Shown here in pieces: positions 1 to 10,618 of a DNA stretch of 64,000 nt (within the stretch, counting starts at the first letter, position 1; each line of letters opens with the position of its first letter). The notes below the pieces were generated by a model, which had not been told where the DNA came from, ran no database searches, and worked only from the letters and a program-made list of their open reading frames with translations. The DNA is taken from the NCBI GenBank assembly GCA_038329965.1, contig JBBQNN010000001.1, forward strand, positions 3,510 through 67,509, given 5' to 3'. The DNA comes from Mycobacteriales bacterium. Lineage in GTDB: Bacteria; Actinomycetota; Actinomycetes; Mycobacteriales; QHCA01. Both the position numbers and the translations under genes were made by a program.

Positions 1-1
1 C

Positions 2-985
2 AAGAACATCTCCGAGGCGATCAACCTGGTGGCCTACAGCATGGGCAATGCCTCCACCAGTGGCGGTGCTGCCGAGCGGTTCCGGCTTGGACCGGGCGAC
101 GAGATCGTCATCACGGAGATGGAGCACCACTCCAACATCGTCCCGTGGCAGCTGCTCTGCGAGCGCACCGGCGCCACACTGCGGTGGTTCGGGGTCACCG
201 ACGATGGCCGGCTCGACCTGTCCGGCATCGACGGGCTGATCAACGCCCGTACCAAGCTGGTGTCCCTCGTGCACCAGTCCAACGTGCTCGGCACGGTCAA
301 CCCGGTCCGGCTCGTTGCCGATGCGGCCCACGCCGTGGGCGCCCTGGTCCTCGTCGACGCCGCCCAGTCGGTGCCGCACCTGCCGGTCTCCGTGGCCGAC
401 CTCGGTGCCGACTTCGTGGGTTTCACGGCTCACAAGATCTGCGGGCCGACCGGCATCGGCGTGCTGTGGGCCCGCCGGGAGTTGCTCGACGCCATGCCCC
501 CGTTCCTCGGCGGTGGCGAGATGATCGAGAGCGTGGCGATGACGGGCTCGACGTTCGCCCAGCCGCCGCACAAGTTCGAGGCCGGCACGATGCCGATCGC
601 GGAGGCCGTCGGGCTCGACGCCGCGCTGCGTTACGTGAGCGAGGTCGGGCTCGACGCGATAAGGGCGCACGAACACGAACTGTTGACCCACGCGCTCGAC
701 GGCCTCGCCGCCCTCGACGGCGTGCGGATCCTGGGCCCGACGGATGCGGCCGACCGCGGGGCCACGATCGCCTTCCTGGTCGACGACGTGCACCCGCACG
801 ACGTCAGCCAGGTGCTCGACGCGCACGGCATCGCCGTCCGGGCGGGGCACCACTGCGCCCGGCCCCTGCACCTGCGCTTCGGCGTGCCGGCCAGTACGCG
901 GGCGTCGTTCTACCTTTACAACACGACAGACGAGGTCGACGCGCTGATCCGCGGCATCGATGAGGCGAAGAGGTATTTCGCCTGA
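2..985 (+). CDS. sufS: Cysteine desulfurase SufS (class V PLP enzyme), C-terminal ~327 aa; the 5' end lies upstream of the window
   Basis: The frame is open from base 2. Motifs present: HHSNIVPW, FTAHKICGPTGIGVLW (PLP-Lys) and RAGHHCARPL (catalytic Cys loop). The stop TGA at 983-985 shares one base with the sufU ATG at 985. Confidence 0.93.
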   Translation, partial: KNISEAINLVAYSMGNASTSGGAAERFRLGPGDEIVITEMEHHSNIVPWQLLCERTGATLRWFGVTDDGRLDLSGIDGLINARTKLVSLVHQSNVLGTVNPVRLVADAAHAVGALVLVDAAQSVPHLPVSVADLGADFVGFTAHKICGPTGIGVLWARRELLDAMPPFLGGGEMIESVAMTGSTFAQPPHKFEAGTMPIAEAVGLDAALRYVSEVGLDAIRAHEHELLTHALDGLAALDGVRILGPTDAADRGATIAFLVDDVHPHDVSQVLDAHGIAVRAGHHCARPLHLRFGVPASTRASFYLYNTTDEVDALIRGIDEAKRYFA

Positions 986-1446
986 TGCAACTGGACTCGA
1001 TGTACCAGGACATCATCCTCGACCACTACAAGCACCCCCACCACAAGGGCCTGCGGGAGCCGTACGACGCCGAAGTGCACCACGTCAACCCGACCTGTGG
1101 CGACGAGGTGACCCTGCGAGTCAAGCTGTCCGCGGGCGCCGACGGCCCGGTCGTGGCCGACGTCTCCTACGACGGCATGGGCTGCTCGATCTCACAGGCC
1201 TCCACGTCCGTACTCACCGACCTGGTCATCGGCAAGGGCGTCGACCAGGCGATGCGGGTGCAGGAGGAGTTCCTTACCCTGATGAGGAGCAAGGGCGGGG
1301 GAGAGCCCGACGAGGATGTTCTGGAGGACGCCATCGCGTTCGCCGGCGTGTCGCGCTATCCGGCCCGCATCAAATGCGCGCTGCTCGGATGGATGGCGTG
1401 GAAGGACGCGACCGCACAGGCCGCCAATGGAGGGTTGAGCAGATGA
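985..1446 (+). CDS. sufU: SufU/IscU-like Fe-S cluster assembly sulfur-transfer scaffold
   Basis: N-terminus YQDIILDHYKHPHHKG. Conserved Cys ligands occur in NPTCGDEV, GMGCSISQAS and ARIKCALL. It is translationally coupled to sufS. Confidence 0.92.
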   Translation: MQLDSMYQDIILDHYKHPHHKGLREPYDAEVHHVNPTCGDEVTLRVKLSAGADGPVVADVSYDGMGCSISQASTSVLTDLVIGKGVDQAMRVQEEFLTLMRSKGGGEPDEDVLEDAIAFAGVSRYPARIKCALLGWMAWKDATAQAANGGLSR

Positions 1447-1787
1447 GCGAACCAGCAGTGGTCAAGGCACCTCTCGACGATGTCGAGGAGGCCATGCGCG
1501 ACGTGGTCGACCCCGAGTTGGGCATCAATGTGGTGGACCTGGGCCTGGTATACGGCCTGCACGTCGACGACGACAACGTCGCCACCATCGACATGACGCT
1601 GACCTCGGCCGCCTGCCCCCTCACCGACGTGATCGAGGACCAGACGCGGTCGGCCCTGACCGGCGGTCCCGGTGGCGGGCTGGTCAAGGACTTCAAGATC
1701 AACTGGGTCTGGATGCCGCCGTGGGGGCCCGACAAGATCACTGACGACGGGCGGGAGCAGTTGCGAGTGCTCGGCTTCAACGTCTGA
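1443..1787 (+). CDS. sufT: DUF59/MIP18-family Fe-S assembly protein (SufT-like)
   Basis: DVVDPELGINVVDLGLVY and TLTSAACPL motifs. The ATG at 1443 overlaps the sufU stop (ATGA). It is the last gene of the suf operon, as with Mtb Rv1466. Confidence 0.85.
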   Translation: MSEPAVVKAPLDDVEEAMRDVVDPELGINVVDLGLVYGLHVDDDNVATIDMTLTSAACPLTDVIEDQTRSALTGGPGGGLVKDFKINWVWMPPWGPDKITDDGREQLRVLGFNV

Positions 1788-1819
1788 CCGGCTGTCATCC
1801 GGCGAGGCACTCGACCGGT

Positions 1820-1859
1820 CACCAACCGTCCCCGGGTCATCGTCGAGGGAAGGTTGGTG
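1820..1859 (+). terminator. Candidate suf-operon terminator hairpin
   Basis: CACCAACC-g-TCCC [14-nt loop] GGGA-a-GGTTGGTG gives 12 bp with one 1x1 mismatch, 33 nt after the sufT stop. It is followed by UGUUG, so there is no clean U-tract. Confidence 0.3.
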
Positions 1860-2031
1860 TTGCCGGGGCGCAGTGATCTTCCCTGGATCTTGTTCGACGG
1901 GATCAGTGCGGCATTCGCGCCGTCGCCCGCTGCTACCCTGGCACACGTGACCCGCACGAGCTGATGCCTGCTCCGCACCCGCCGCATGCGGCGGGCGATG
2001 GCCTGTGTCCGCATCCTCGAACGGAGTCCCC

Positions 2032-3633
<1,602 letters not shown>

Positions 3634-3657
3634 GCGCTGCCGCGGCGCGACCCGGCC

Positions 3658-4695
3658 TCAGCCGCCGGTGGCCGTGACCAGCGCGGCCAGCTGGGGGGCC
3701 GAGCCGACGGCGATCAGTACGTGACCTGCTGCCAGGCGGGTCGTCGGCGCCGGGTTGCTGGTGAAACTGCCATCAGGGTCGCGGATCGCCACCAGCAGCG
3801 CGCCGGTCGTCTCGGTGAGGCGGGACTCGGCGAGGGTCCGGCCCGCCAACGGTGAGTCGGCGACGATGGCAGCCTCCTCGAGCCGGATCTCCAGGGACCC
3901 GTCATGCATGATCACGTCGAGGAAGTCGACCACGTGCGGCTGTAGGGCGAAGGCCGCCATCCGGTCGCCGCCGAGCCGCTGCGGGTTGACGACCCGGTCG
4001 GCGCCGGCCCGCCGGAGCTTGGGCTCCGAAGACTCGGTACGGGCGCGCGCGATGATGACCAGATCCGAGCCGCGCAGCGCCCGCGCGCTCACGGTGGCGA
4101 ACAGGTTGTCGGCATCGGTCTCCAGCGCGGCCACCACGACGCGGGCCCGCTCGATGCCGGCCCGGCGCAGCACCTCATCGTCGGCGATGTCACCCAGGAC
4201 GCTCGGATGGGGCACGGTGCCGATGCGTTCGGCGTCCCTGTCGATGACGACGACGTCCGCCCCGGCTCCGGCGATGAAGCGGGCGATCGCGCTGCCGACC
4301 CGCCCCCAGCCGCAGACAATGACGTGGCCCTCCATGCGGTCGATCCGGCGTTGCATCCGTCGCCTCCCCAACAGTTCGCGCAGGTGGCCGTCCACCAGCG
4401 CCTCGAGGATGATCCCGAAGGCGTACAGCGAGGTGCCCACCCCGACGAGGATGACCACGATGGTGTACACCTCGCCGGCGTTGCCCAGGGGATGGACCTC
4501 CCGGAAACCCACCGTGGTCACGGTGGTCACTGTCTGGTAGACGGCCTCGAGCACCGAGAAGCCCAGGACCACGTACCCGACGCTGCCCCCGACGAGGACG
4601 AAGGCAATGGCGAACAGCGCGAAGCGGATCCGGCGCACCGAGGACGCGGCGGCCGACGATCCGAGACCGGAAGCCGGCCGGTCGGGGTTCACCAC
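3658..4695 (-). CDS. Two-TM ion channel with cytoplasmic RCK (TrkA-N/TrkA-C) domains; non-canonical pore filter TVGFRE
   Basis: Pore helix/filter is YQTVTTVTTVGFRE. The Rossmann motif is VIVCGWGRVGSAIA. GTG start at 4695. Confidence 0.8.
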   Translation of the reverse strand: MVNPDRPASGLGSSAAASSVRRIRFALFAIAFVLVGGSVGYVVLGFSVLEAVYQTVTTVTTVGFREVHPLGNAGEVYTIVVILVGVGTSLYAFGIILEALVDGHLRELLGRRRMQRRIDRMEGHVIVCGWGRVGSAIARFIAGAGADVVVIDRDAERIGTVPHPSVLGDIADDEVLRRAGIERARVVVAALETDADNLFATVSARALRGSDLVIIARARTESSEPKLRRAGADRVVNPQRLGGDRMAAFALQPHVVDFLDVIMHDGSLEIRLEEAAIVADSPLAGRTLAESRLTETTGALLVAIRDPDGSFTSNPAPTTRLAAGHVLIAVGSAPQLAALVTATGG

Positions 4696-4748
4696 ATCGT
4701 CGACCCTTCGGGCACGGCAGGCGTCCGTGGCTCAAACGTAGTCCGCGA

Positions 4749-6128
4749 TCACCATGCCGTGTGCAAGATCGCCTCAAGTGCGATCGCGCCGAGCGCCCCG
4801 GTCGCGGCCAGCCACAACGGCGCCCGGGCGGGCTCGCCACCGCGCTGCTCGGGTGCCACGGCCGCGACGAGCAGCCAGGGGAAGTACGGCACCCAGGCGT
4901 GCTCCATCTCGCCCCGAGCCAGGCCGGCCGCCACGGCGAAGCCCACCGCCACCGCGGCGCCGACCAGGAACGGCCAGCCCGGGGTACGCCGGATCTTGCG
5001 GGCGGAGGCGACGATGGCCGGTCCGCAGGCCAGGACGAGGACGACCAGGCTCAGGCAGCCCCAGACGACGGCGGAGCGCATCGGCTCGACCCGGATGGAG
5101 AAGTCGGCCTGGGCGGCCGTCAGGCCGTCGGTCCAGACGAAGCCGACCAGTTGGGCCAGCACCAGAGGCAGCAGGGCCGCCGCGCCGGTGACCGTGTTGA
5201 GCAGTGCCCGGCGGCGGACGAAGTAGACGCAGATCACCGACAGGGCCAGCCACGGCGCGGCATAGGAGAACAGCGCGGCCACGCCGAGCAGCAGGCCACT
5301 GGCGGCCGCCCAGGCAACGGCCGGCGGGCCGCGCCGGTGTTGCTCGCTGGCCAGCACACCCGCGGTGACCATGGCGGCGCCCAGTGTCGCGGTGATCGCG
5401 TCCATGCTCACGGCCACCCAGACCGCGTAGGGCGCGAGCACCAGCACCGGGGCCAGCCGGCGCGCCGCCACTGCCCCGCACAGCGAACGAACCGCGACGA
5501 GGACGAGCGGCACGCTCAGGCAGCCGACGATGGTGAGAAGCAGGCCGATGGCCGCCGGCCGGTGCACGCCGAGCCGTTGCACCGCCCAGAGCAGCAGTAC
5601 CGGGCCGGGTGGATGCTGTCGGGTCGCGGTCGCGTGCTCGCCGCTCGCGGCGACGAATCCCGCGATGAAGCCACCGGGCCGGTCGTGGACGGCGGGAACG
5701 TCGCGGAGGTATTCCCCGGCATTGGTCACCGGTGCGGCCAGCCCGTTGCCACCGTCGACCGCGGCGAGCGATAGCGCCCAGGCGAGTGCGGAGAGGTAGG
5801 CGGCGAGCAGCACGACGCGCCACCGCATGCGATCCGCCAGTCCCCGTGCGGCGGCCAGCAGAACAGCGGCGGCAACGGCCGGCGCCAGGAGCGTTCCCGC
5901 GTCGACCTTGAGGCGGTAGCGCCCGACGAACGGGGCGCTGGCCGTGCCGAGCCGTGCTCCCCAGTGCACCGCGAGAGCAGTAAGGGCCAACCCGACGGCG
6001 GCGAGTGCGATCCACAGGGCTAGATCGGTGGTCTCCGGGCGCGCGGGTCGGCCGCGCACCACGGGCGGATGCATGGGACGACCGTAGTTGAGTGGCGGTG
6101 CGGGCTTGCCAGCGCGATCATGGGTCAC
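4749..6128 (-). CDS. Polytopic integral membrane protein, possibly a GT-C/PMT_2-like glycosyltransferase (function uncertain)
   Basis: 459-aa ORF with more than 10 hydrophobic segments and coding-like composition. An HPPGPVLLLW-type loop recalls ArnT/PMT_2 families. An alternative start lies at 6074 (MHPPVV). Confidence 0.55.
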   Translation of the reverse strand: MTHDRAGKPAPPLNYGRPMHPPVVRGRPARPETTDLALWIALAAVGLALTALAVHWGARLGTASAPFVGRYRLKVDAGTLLAPAVAAAVLLAAARGLADRMRWRVVLLAAYLSALAWALSLAAVDGGNGLAAPVTNAGEYLRDVPAVHDRPGGFIAGFVAASGEHATATRQHPPGPVLLLWAVQRLGVHRPAAIGLLLTIVGCLSVPLVLVAVRSLCGAVAARRLAPVLVLAPYAVWVAVSMDAITATLGAAMVTAGVLASEQHRRGPPAVAWAAASGLLLGVAALFSYAAPWLALSVICVYFVRRRALLNTVTGAAALLPLVLAQLVGFVWTDGLTAAQADFSIRVEPMRSAVVWGCLSLVVLVLACGPAIVASARKIRRTPGWPFLVGAAVAVGFAVAAGLARGEMEHAWVPYFPWLLVAAVAPEQRGGEPARAPLWLAATGALGAIALEAILHTAW

Positions 6129-6169
6129 CGGCGTTCTTCGCCGATGACGCTCTATGAGGGGAGACGCCA

Positions 6170-6379
6170 GTGACCGGCGCCGCCAAGGGAAAGCGCATCA
6201 CCGGTGCCAGCCGCGACAAGCTCGCGGCGGACCTGCGCAAGAAGTACGAAGGCGGGCACAGCATCCGAGCCCTGGCGGCCTCGACCGGCCGCTCCTACGG
6301 CTTCGTCCATCGCATCCTGGGCGAGTCCGGCGCCGCGCTGCGGGGCCGGGGCGGGGCAACCCGCAAAGCCAAGAAGTGA
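6170..6379 (+). CDS. Small helix-turn-helix DNA-binding protein (69 aa), conserved actinobacterial type
   Basis: GTG start with a GAGGGGA RBS. HTH-like GHSIRALAASTGRSYGFVHRIL and a basic C-terminal tail. Confidence 0.7.
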   Translation: MTGAAKGKRITGASRDKLAADLRKKYEGGHSIRALAASTGRSYGFVHRILGESGAALRGRGGATRKAKK

Positions 6380-6456
6380 CCGTCGCGCAGCCGGCCCGCA
6401 ACCCCCACGGGGCCAGCGGCGCGACGTCAGTAGGCGAGTGAGCATCGACAGTAGCG

Positions 6457-7311
6457 ATGTCGTTGGGCAGGCAAGGAGCGAGTTTGACCAGTAGCCTGCC
6501 CGGTGTGACCGACCAGTCCCGCGAGGCGGCCGGCCGCGACGAGGAGGCCGGGCTTCGCTGGGAGATCGCCGCGGCGGTGGCCACGATCACCCTCGACCGG
6601 CCCGCGGCCCTCAACGCCCAGACCCCCCGCACCTGGAGCGCGCTGCGGCGGATCGGCCGGTCGTTGCCGGACGACGTTCGGGTGGTCGTGGTACGCGGGG
6701 AGGGCCGGGCCTTCTCGGCGGGGATGGATCGGCGGATGTTCACCCCGGAGGGGGTGCCCGGTACGCGCAGCGCCGCGGCGCTGGCGCGGCTGCCCGGTGA
6801 CGAGGCCGACGCCCTGATGAGCAGATACCAGGAGGCCTTCGGCTGGCTGCGCCGGGACGACCTCGTCACGGTGGCCGCCGTGCAGGGGCACGCCATCGGA
6901 GCCGGTTTTCAGCTCGCCCTGGCGTGCGATTTCCGCGTACTGGCCGACGACGCCCAGCTATGCATGGCCGAGACCACGCTGGGGCTGGTCCCTGATCTGG
7001 GTGGCACCAAGCCGCTGGTCACCCTCGTCGGCCCGTCGCGCGCGCTCGAAATCTGCCTGACCGGCCGGCGGATCGGGGCAGCGGAGGCGCTACGGATCGG
7101 CCTGGCCACGCTCGTCGTCGCACCCGGCGAGCTAGAGGGCGCGGTCGAGGATCTGGTCGCCGCGGTGCTGGCCCCGCCCCAGGGCGCCGTGACCGAGACC
7201 AAGGCCCTCCTCGCGGCGGCGGCGGCCCGGTCGCAGGCCGAGCAGGAGGCTGCCGAGCGGGCCGCCCAGCTCAGGCGGCTGCGCGAGCTCACCGGTGCGC
7301 GAGAGGCATGA
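6457..7311 (+). CDS. Enoyl-CoA hydratase/isomerase (crotonase) family protein; the start may be GTG 6505
   Basis: ITLDRPAALNA, VVVRGEGRAFSAGMD and AAVQGHAIGAGFQLALACD crotonase motifs. Confidence 0.85.
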   Translation: MSLGRQGASLTSSLPGVTDQSREAAGRDEEAGLRWEIAAAVATITLDRPAALNAQTPRTWSALRRIGRSLPDDVRVVVVRGEGRAFSAGMDRRMFTPEGVPGTRSAAALARLPGDEADALMSRYQEAFGWLRRDDLVTVAAVQGHAIGAGFQLALACDFRVLADDAQLCMAETTLGLVPDLGGTKPLVTLVGPSRALEICLTGRRIGAAEALRIGLATLVVAPGELEGAVEDLVAAVLAPPQGAVTETKALLAAAAARSQAEQEAAERAAQLRRLRELTGAREA

Positions 7312-7312
7312 C

Positions 7313-8464
7313 ATGGACCTGCGGCTGTCCGACGAGCAACAGGCCTTCCGCGGCTCGGTGCGGTCCTGGGCCGACGACGTCGTGCGCCCGCGCGCACTGG
7401 CGAACGACCGCGAGGAGCGCTTCCCCACCGAGGGGCTGGCCGGGCTGCGGACCAACGGCTACCTCGGCCTCACCATCGCCGAAGAGTACGGCGGCGGCGG
7501 CGCCGATCCGTTGTCGTACGCCCTGCTCATCGAGGAACTCGGCCGGGCCGATGCCAACGTCCGGTCGATCGTCTCGGTGCACCTGGGCCTGGCGGCGGGC
7601 GCGATAGGCCGGTGGGGGACTCCCGACCAGCGGCAGCGGTGGCTGCCGTCGATGGCGACCGGGGAGACCCTGGGCTGCTTCGCGCTGACCGAGCCCGACC
7701 ACGGCAGTGACCCGGCCAACCTGCAGGCGGCGGCGGTCCGCGACGGCGAGTCCTACCGGATCACCGGACGCAAGGTGTTCATCACCAACGGCTCCATCGC
7801 CGGCGTCGCCCTGGTCATGGCCCGCACCGGCGGGCCGGGCGCCCGCGGAGTCTCGGCGTTCCTGGTGCCGACGGATGCGGCCGGCTTCACGGCAGTGCCG
7901 ATCCACGGCAAGCTGGGCCTGCGCTCCTGTGACACGGCCGAGCTCGTGCTCGACGACGTGGTCGTCGGCCGCGACGCGCTGCTCGGCGGAGTGGAGGGGG
8001 CCGGGATCAAGGTGGCCCTGTCGGCGCTGGACGACGGCCGGCTCTCGCTGAGCGCATCGTGCACCGGCATCGCCCAGGCCGCGCTGGAGGCGATGATCGG
8101 CTATGCCGGCCAGCGCGAGCAGTTCGGCAAGCCGATCGCCGGGCATCAACTCGTGCAGGAGATGATCGCCGACACCGCGGTGGACGTCGACTGCGCGCGC
8201 CTGCTCACCTGGCAGGTCGCCGATCTCAAAGCCCACGGCGAGGCGTACTCCCTCGCCGCCTCCAAGGCCAAGCTGTTCGCCTCCGAGGCCTCCGTACGCG
8301 CGGCGAACGCCTGTCTGCAGGTACACGGCGGATATGGATATGTCGACGAGTACCCAGCCGGCAAGCTGCTCCGCGATGCCCGCGTGACGACCTTGTACGA
8401 AGGCACCACCCAGATCCAGAAGCTGATCATCGGCCGCGCCCTGACCGGCCTCTCCGCCTTCTGA
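7313..8464 (+). CDS. Acyl-CoA dehydrogenase
   Basis: CFALTEPDHGSD, ITGRKVFITNG and QVHGGYGYVDEYPAGKLLRDARVTTLYEGTTQIQ motifs. The ATG lies 2 nt after the upstream stop, with a GAGAGG RBS. Confidence 0.92.
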   Translation: MDLRLSDEQQAFRGSVRSWADDVVRPRALANDREERFPTEGLAGLRTNGYLGLTIAEEYGGGGADPLSYALLIEELGRADANVRSIVSVHLGLAAGAIGRWGTPDQRQRWLPSMATGETLGCFALTEPDHGSDPANLQAAAVRDGESYRITGRKVFITNGSIAGVALVMARTGGPGARGVSAFLVPTDAAGFTAVPIHGKLGLRSCDTAELVLDDVVVGRDALLGGVEGAGIKVALSALDDGRLSLSASCTGIAQAALEAMIGYAGQREQFGKPIAGHQLVQEMIADTAVDVDCARLLTWQVADLKAHGEAYSLAASKAKLFASEASVRAANACLQVHGGYGYVDEYPAGKLLRDARVTTLYEGTTQIQKLIIGRALTGLSAF

Positions 8465-8490
8465 TCTCACCCGCCTCGCACACCCCTCGC

Positions 8491-8550
8491 ACGACTTCCC
8501 GGAAAACGTCGCTTTCGCGGCCCTCAGAGCGACGACTTCCCGGAAGTTGC
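8491..8550 (+). repeat. 60-nt hairpin-forming intergenic repeat, copy 1 (REP/MITE-like)
   Basis: ACGACTTCCCGGAAAACGTCGCTTTCGCGGCCCTCAGAGCGACGACTTCCCGGAAGTTGC. The inner stem is CGTCGCT/AGCGACG and the outer arms are CTTCCCGGAA/TTCCCGGAAG. It is 44/60 identical to the copy at 14495-14554, including a perfect 16-nt core. Confidence 0.7.
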
Positions 8551-8613
8551 TGGATGGGGGGACAGGCCTGGGCGGAACATGACCACGGCCGTCCGTGTTG
8601 GCGCAGGTAGGAG

Positions 8614-10512
8614 GTGGGGCGCTTGTCGATGGGACACGCGGGATGGCAGTCGTGGCGGTCGTTCACCGGCGACAGCGCGGTGACCAAACAGAAGCTGGCC
8701 CCGGGCACGCTGCGCCGGATCTTCCGGTTCGGCGCGCCCTACAAGCGCGAGTTGATCATCTTCCTGATCCTCGTCGTGATCGATGCCGTCATCGGCACCC
8801 TCAACCCGCTGATCTTCCGCGAGATCATCAACAAAGGCATCCTCGGGCACCGGGTCGGCCTGATCGAGGTGCTGGCGGGGGTGATTGCCGGGCTGGCCGT
8901 CGCAGCTGCCGCCCTGTCGCTGGCACAGCGCTACTACTCCGTGCGGGTCGGCGAGGGCCTCATCTACGACATGCGGTCAAAGGTGTTCGAGCACATCCAG
9001 CGGATGCCGATCGCCTTCTTCACCCGTACCCAGACCGGTGCCCTGATCACCCGGCTGAACAACGACGTGCTCGGTGCGCAGCAGGCGTTCACCGGCACCC
9101 TGTCCAGCGTCGTCAGCAACGTCATCAGCGTCTCGCTGGTGCTCGTCGCGATGTTCGCCCTGTCCTGGCAGATCACCCTCGTGGCGCTGTTGTTGCTGCC
9201 GGTGTTCGTGATCCCGGCCCGGTGGATGGGCCGCCGGCTGCAGACCATCACGCGGGAGAGCTACCAGCTCGACGCGAAGATGAACACCACGATGACCGAG
9301 CGGTTCAACGTCTCCGGCGCCCTGCTGGTCAAGCTCTTCGGCCGCACCGACGAGGAGGCCCGGATCTTCCGCGAGCGGGCCGGGAGGGTGCGCGACATCG
9401 GCATCACCCAGGCGATGTACAGCCGGATCTTCTTCGTCTCCCTGATGCTCACCGCATCGCTGGCCACCGCCCTGGTCTACGGCTGGGGTGGCGTGCTGGC
9501 CGCGCGGGGAGCCCTCGACGTGGGCACGGTGGTCGCGCTGACCGCCTATCTCGGCCGGCTCTACGGCCCGCTCACCGCCCTGTCGAACGTGCAGGTCGAC
9601 GTGATGGGTGCGCTGGTGTCCTTCGAGCGGGTGTTCGAGGTGCTCGACCTGGAGCCGATGATCACCGACCGGCCCGGCGCCGAGCCGCTGCCGGCCGGCG
9701 CCCGGACCATCGAGTTCGACGACGTGCACTTCGCGTACCCGACCGCCGAGGAGGTCTCGCTGGCCTCGCTGGAGTCGGTCGCCAAGCTTGAGCAGACCTC
9801 GAGCCAGCAGGTGCTGCACGGCGTGTCGTTCACGGCGGAGCCAGGCCAGCTCGTCGCACTCGTCGGCCCGTCAGGGGCCGGCAAGACCACGATCTCCAGC
9901 CTCGTGTCCCGCATGTACGACGTCCGCTCCGGTGCGGTGCGCATAGGGGGCCACGACGTGCGCGACGTCACCCTCTCCTCGCTGCGCGAGGCCATCGGCG
10001 TGGTGACGCAGGACGCTCACATGTTCCACGACACCATCCGGTCCAACCTGCTCTACGCCCGGCCCGAGGCGACCGAGGACGAGCTGTGGGAGGCGTTGAG
10101 CGGCGGCCAGATCGCCGACCTGGTCCGTTCGCTGCCGGACGGCCTGGAAACGATGGTCGGCGAGCGCGGCTACCGGCTCTCCGGCGGTGAGAAGCAGCGG
10201 CTGGCGCTGGCCCGCCTGCTGCTCAAGGCGCCGTCGATCGTGATCCTCGACGAGGCGACCGCCCACCTCGACAGCGAGTCCGAGGTGGCCGTGCAGCGCG
10301 CGCTGGAGACGGCGCTCGAGGGGCGAACCTCGCTGGTGATCGCCCACCGGCTGTCGACGATCCGCGAGGCCGACGCGATCCTGGTCATCGACGACGGCCG
10401 GGTCGTCGAGTCCGGTCGCCATGAGGAGTTGCTGGCCCGCGAGGGGCTCTACGCCGAGCTCTATCGCACGCAGTTCCAGCGTCAGGAGGTGCTCGAGGCC
10501 GTCCGCGACTGA
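8614..10512 (+). CDS. ABC exporter, fused permease/ATPase (multidrug/lipid exporter type)
   Basis: Six-TM ABC_membrane region followed by an NBD with GPSGAGKTT, LSGGEKQRLALARLL and ILDEATAHLD. TTG 8614 or ATG 8620 lies after AGGAGGTG. Confidence 0.9.
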   Translation: MGRLSMGHAGWQSWRSFTGDSAVTKQKLAPGTLRRIFRFGAPYKRELIIFLILVVIDAVIGTLNPLIFREIINKGILGHRVGLIEVLAGVIAGLAVAAAALSLAQRYYSVRVGEGLIYDMRSKVFEHIQRMPIAFFTRTQTGALITRLNNDVLGAQQAFTGTLSSVVSNVISVSLVLVAMFALSWQITLVALLLLPVFVIPARWMGRRLQTITRESYQLDAKMNTTMTERFNVSGALLVKLFGRTDEEARIFRERAGRVRDIGITQAMYSRIFFVSLMLTASLATALVYGWGGVLAARGALDVGTVVALTAYLGRLYGPLTALSNVQVDVMGALVSFERVFEVLDLEPMITDRPGAEPLPAGARTIEFDDVHFAYPTAEEVSLASLESVAKLEQTSSQQVLHGVSFTAEPGQLVALVGPSGAGKTTISSLVSRMYDVRSGAVRIGGHDVRDVTLSSLREAIGVVTQDAHMFHDTIRSNLLYARPEATEDELWEALSGGQIADLVRSLPDGLETMVGERGYRLSGGEKQRLALARLLLKAPSIVILDEATAHLDSESEVAVQRALETALEGRTSLVIAHRLSTIREADAILVIDDGRVVESGRHEELLAREGLYAELYRTQFQRQEVLEAVRD

Positions 10513-10618
10513 GCCGGCGGGGGGCGTACGGCTGTACTTGTGGCTTATGTCCTGACAGAGTTCAAACGCCGAGCCGAACGCCCGAACGCTGTCCGACGGA
10601 TCATGACCGGGATAGGGA

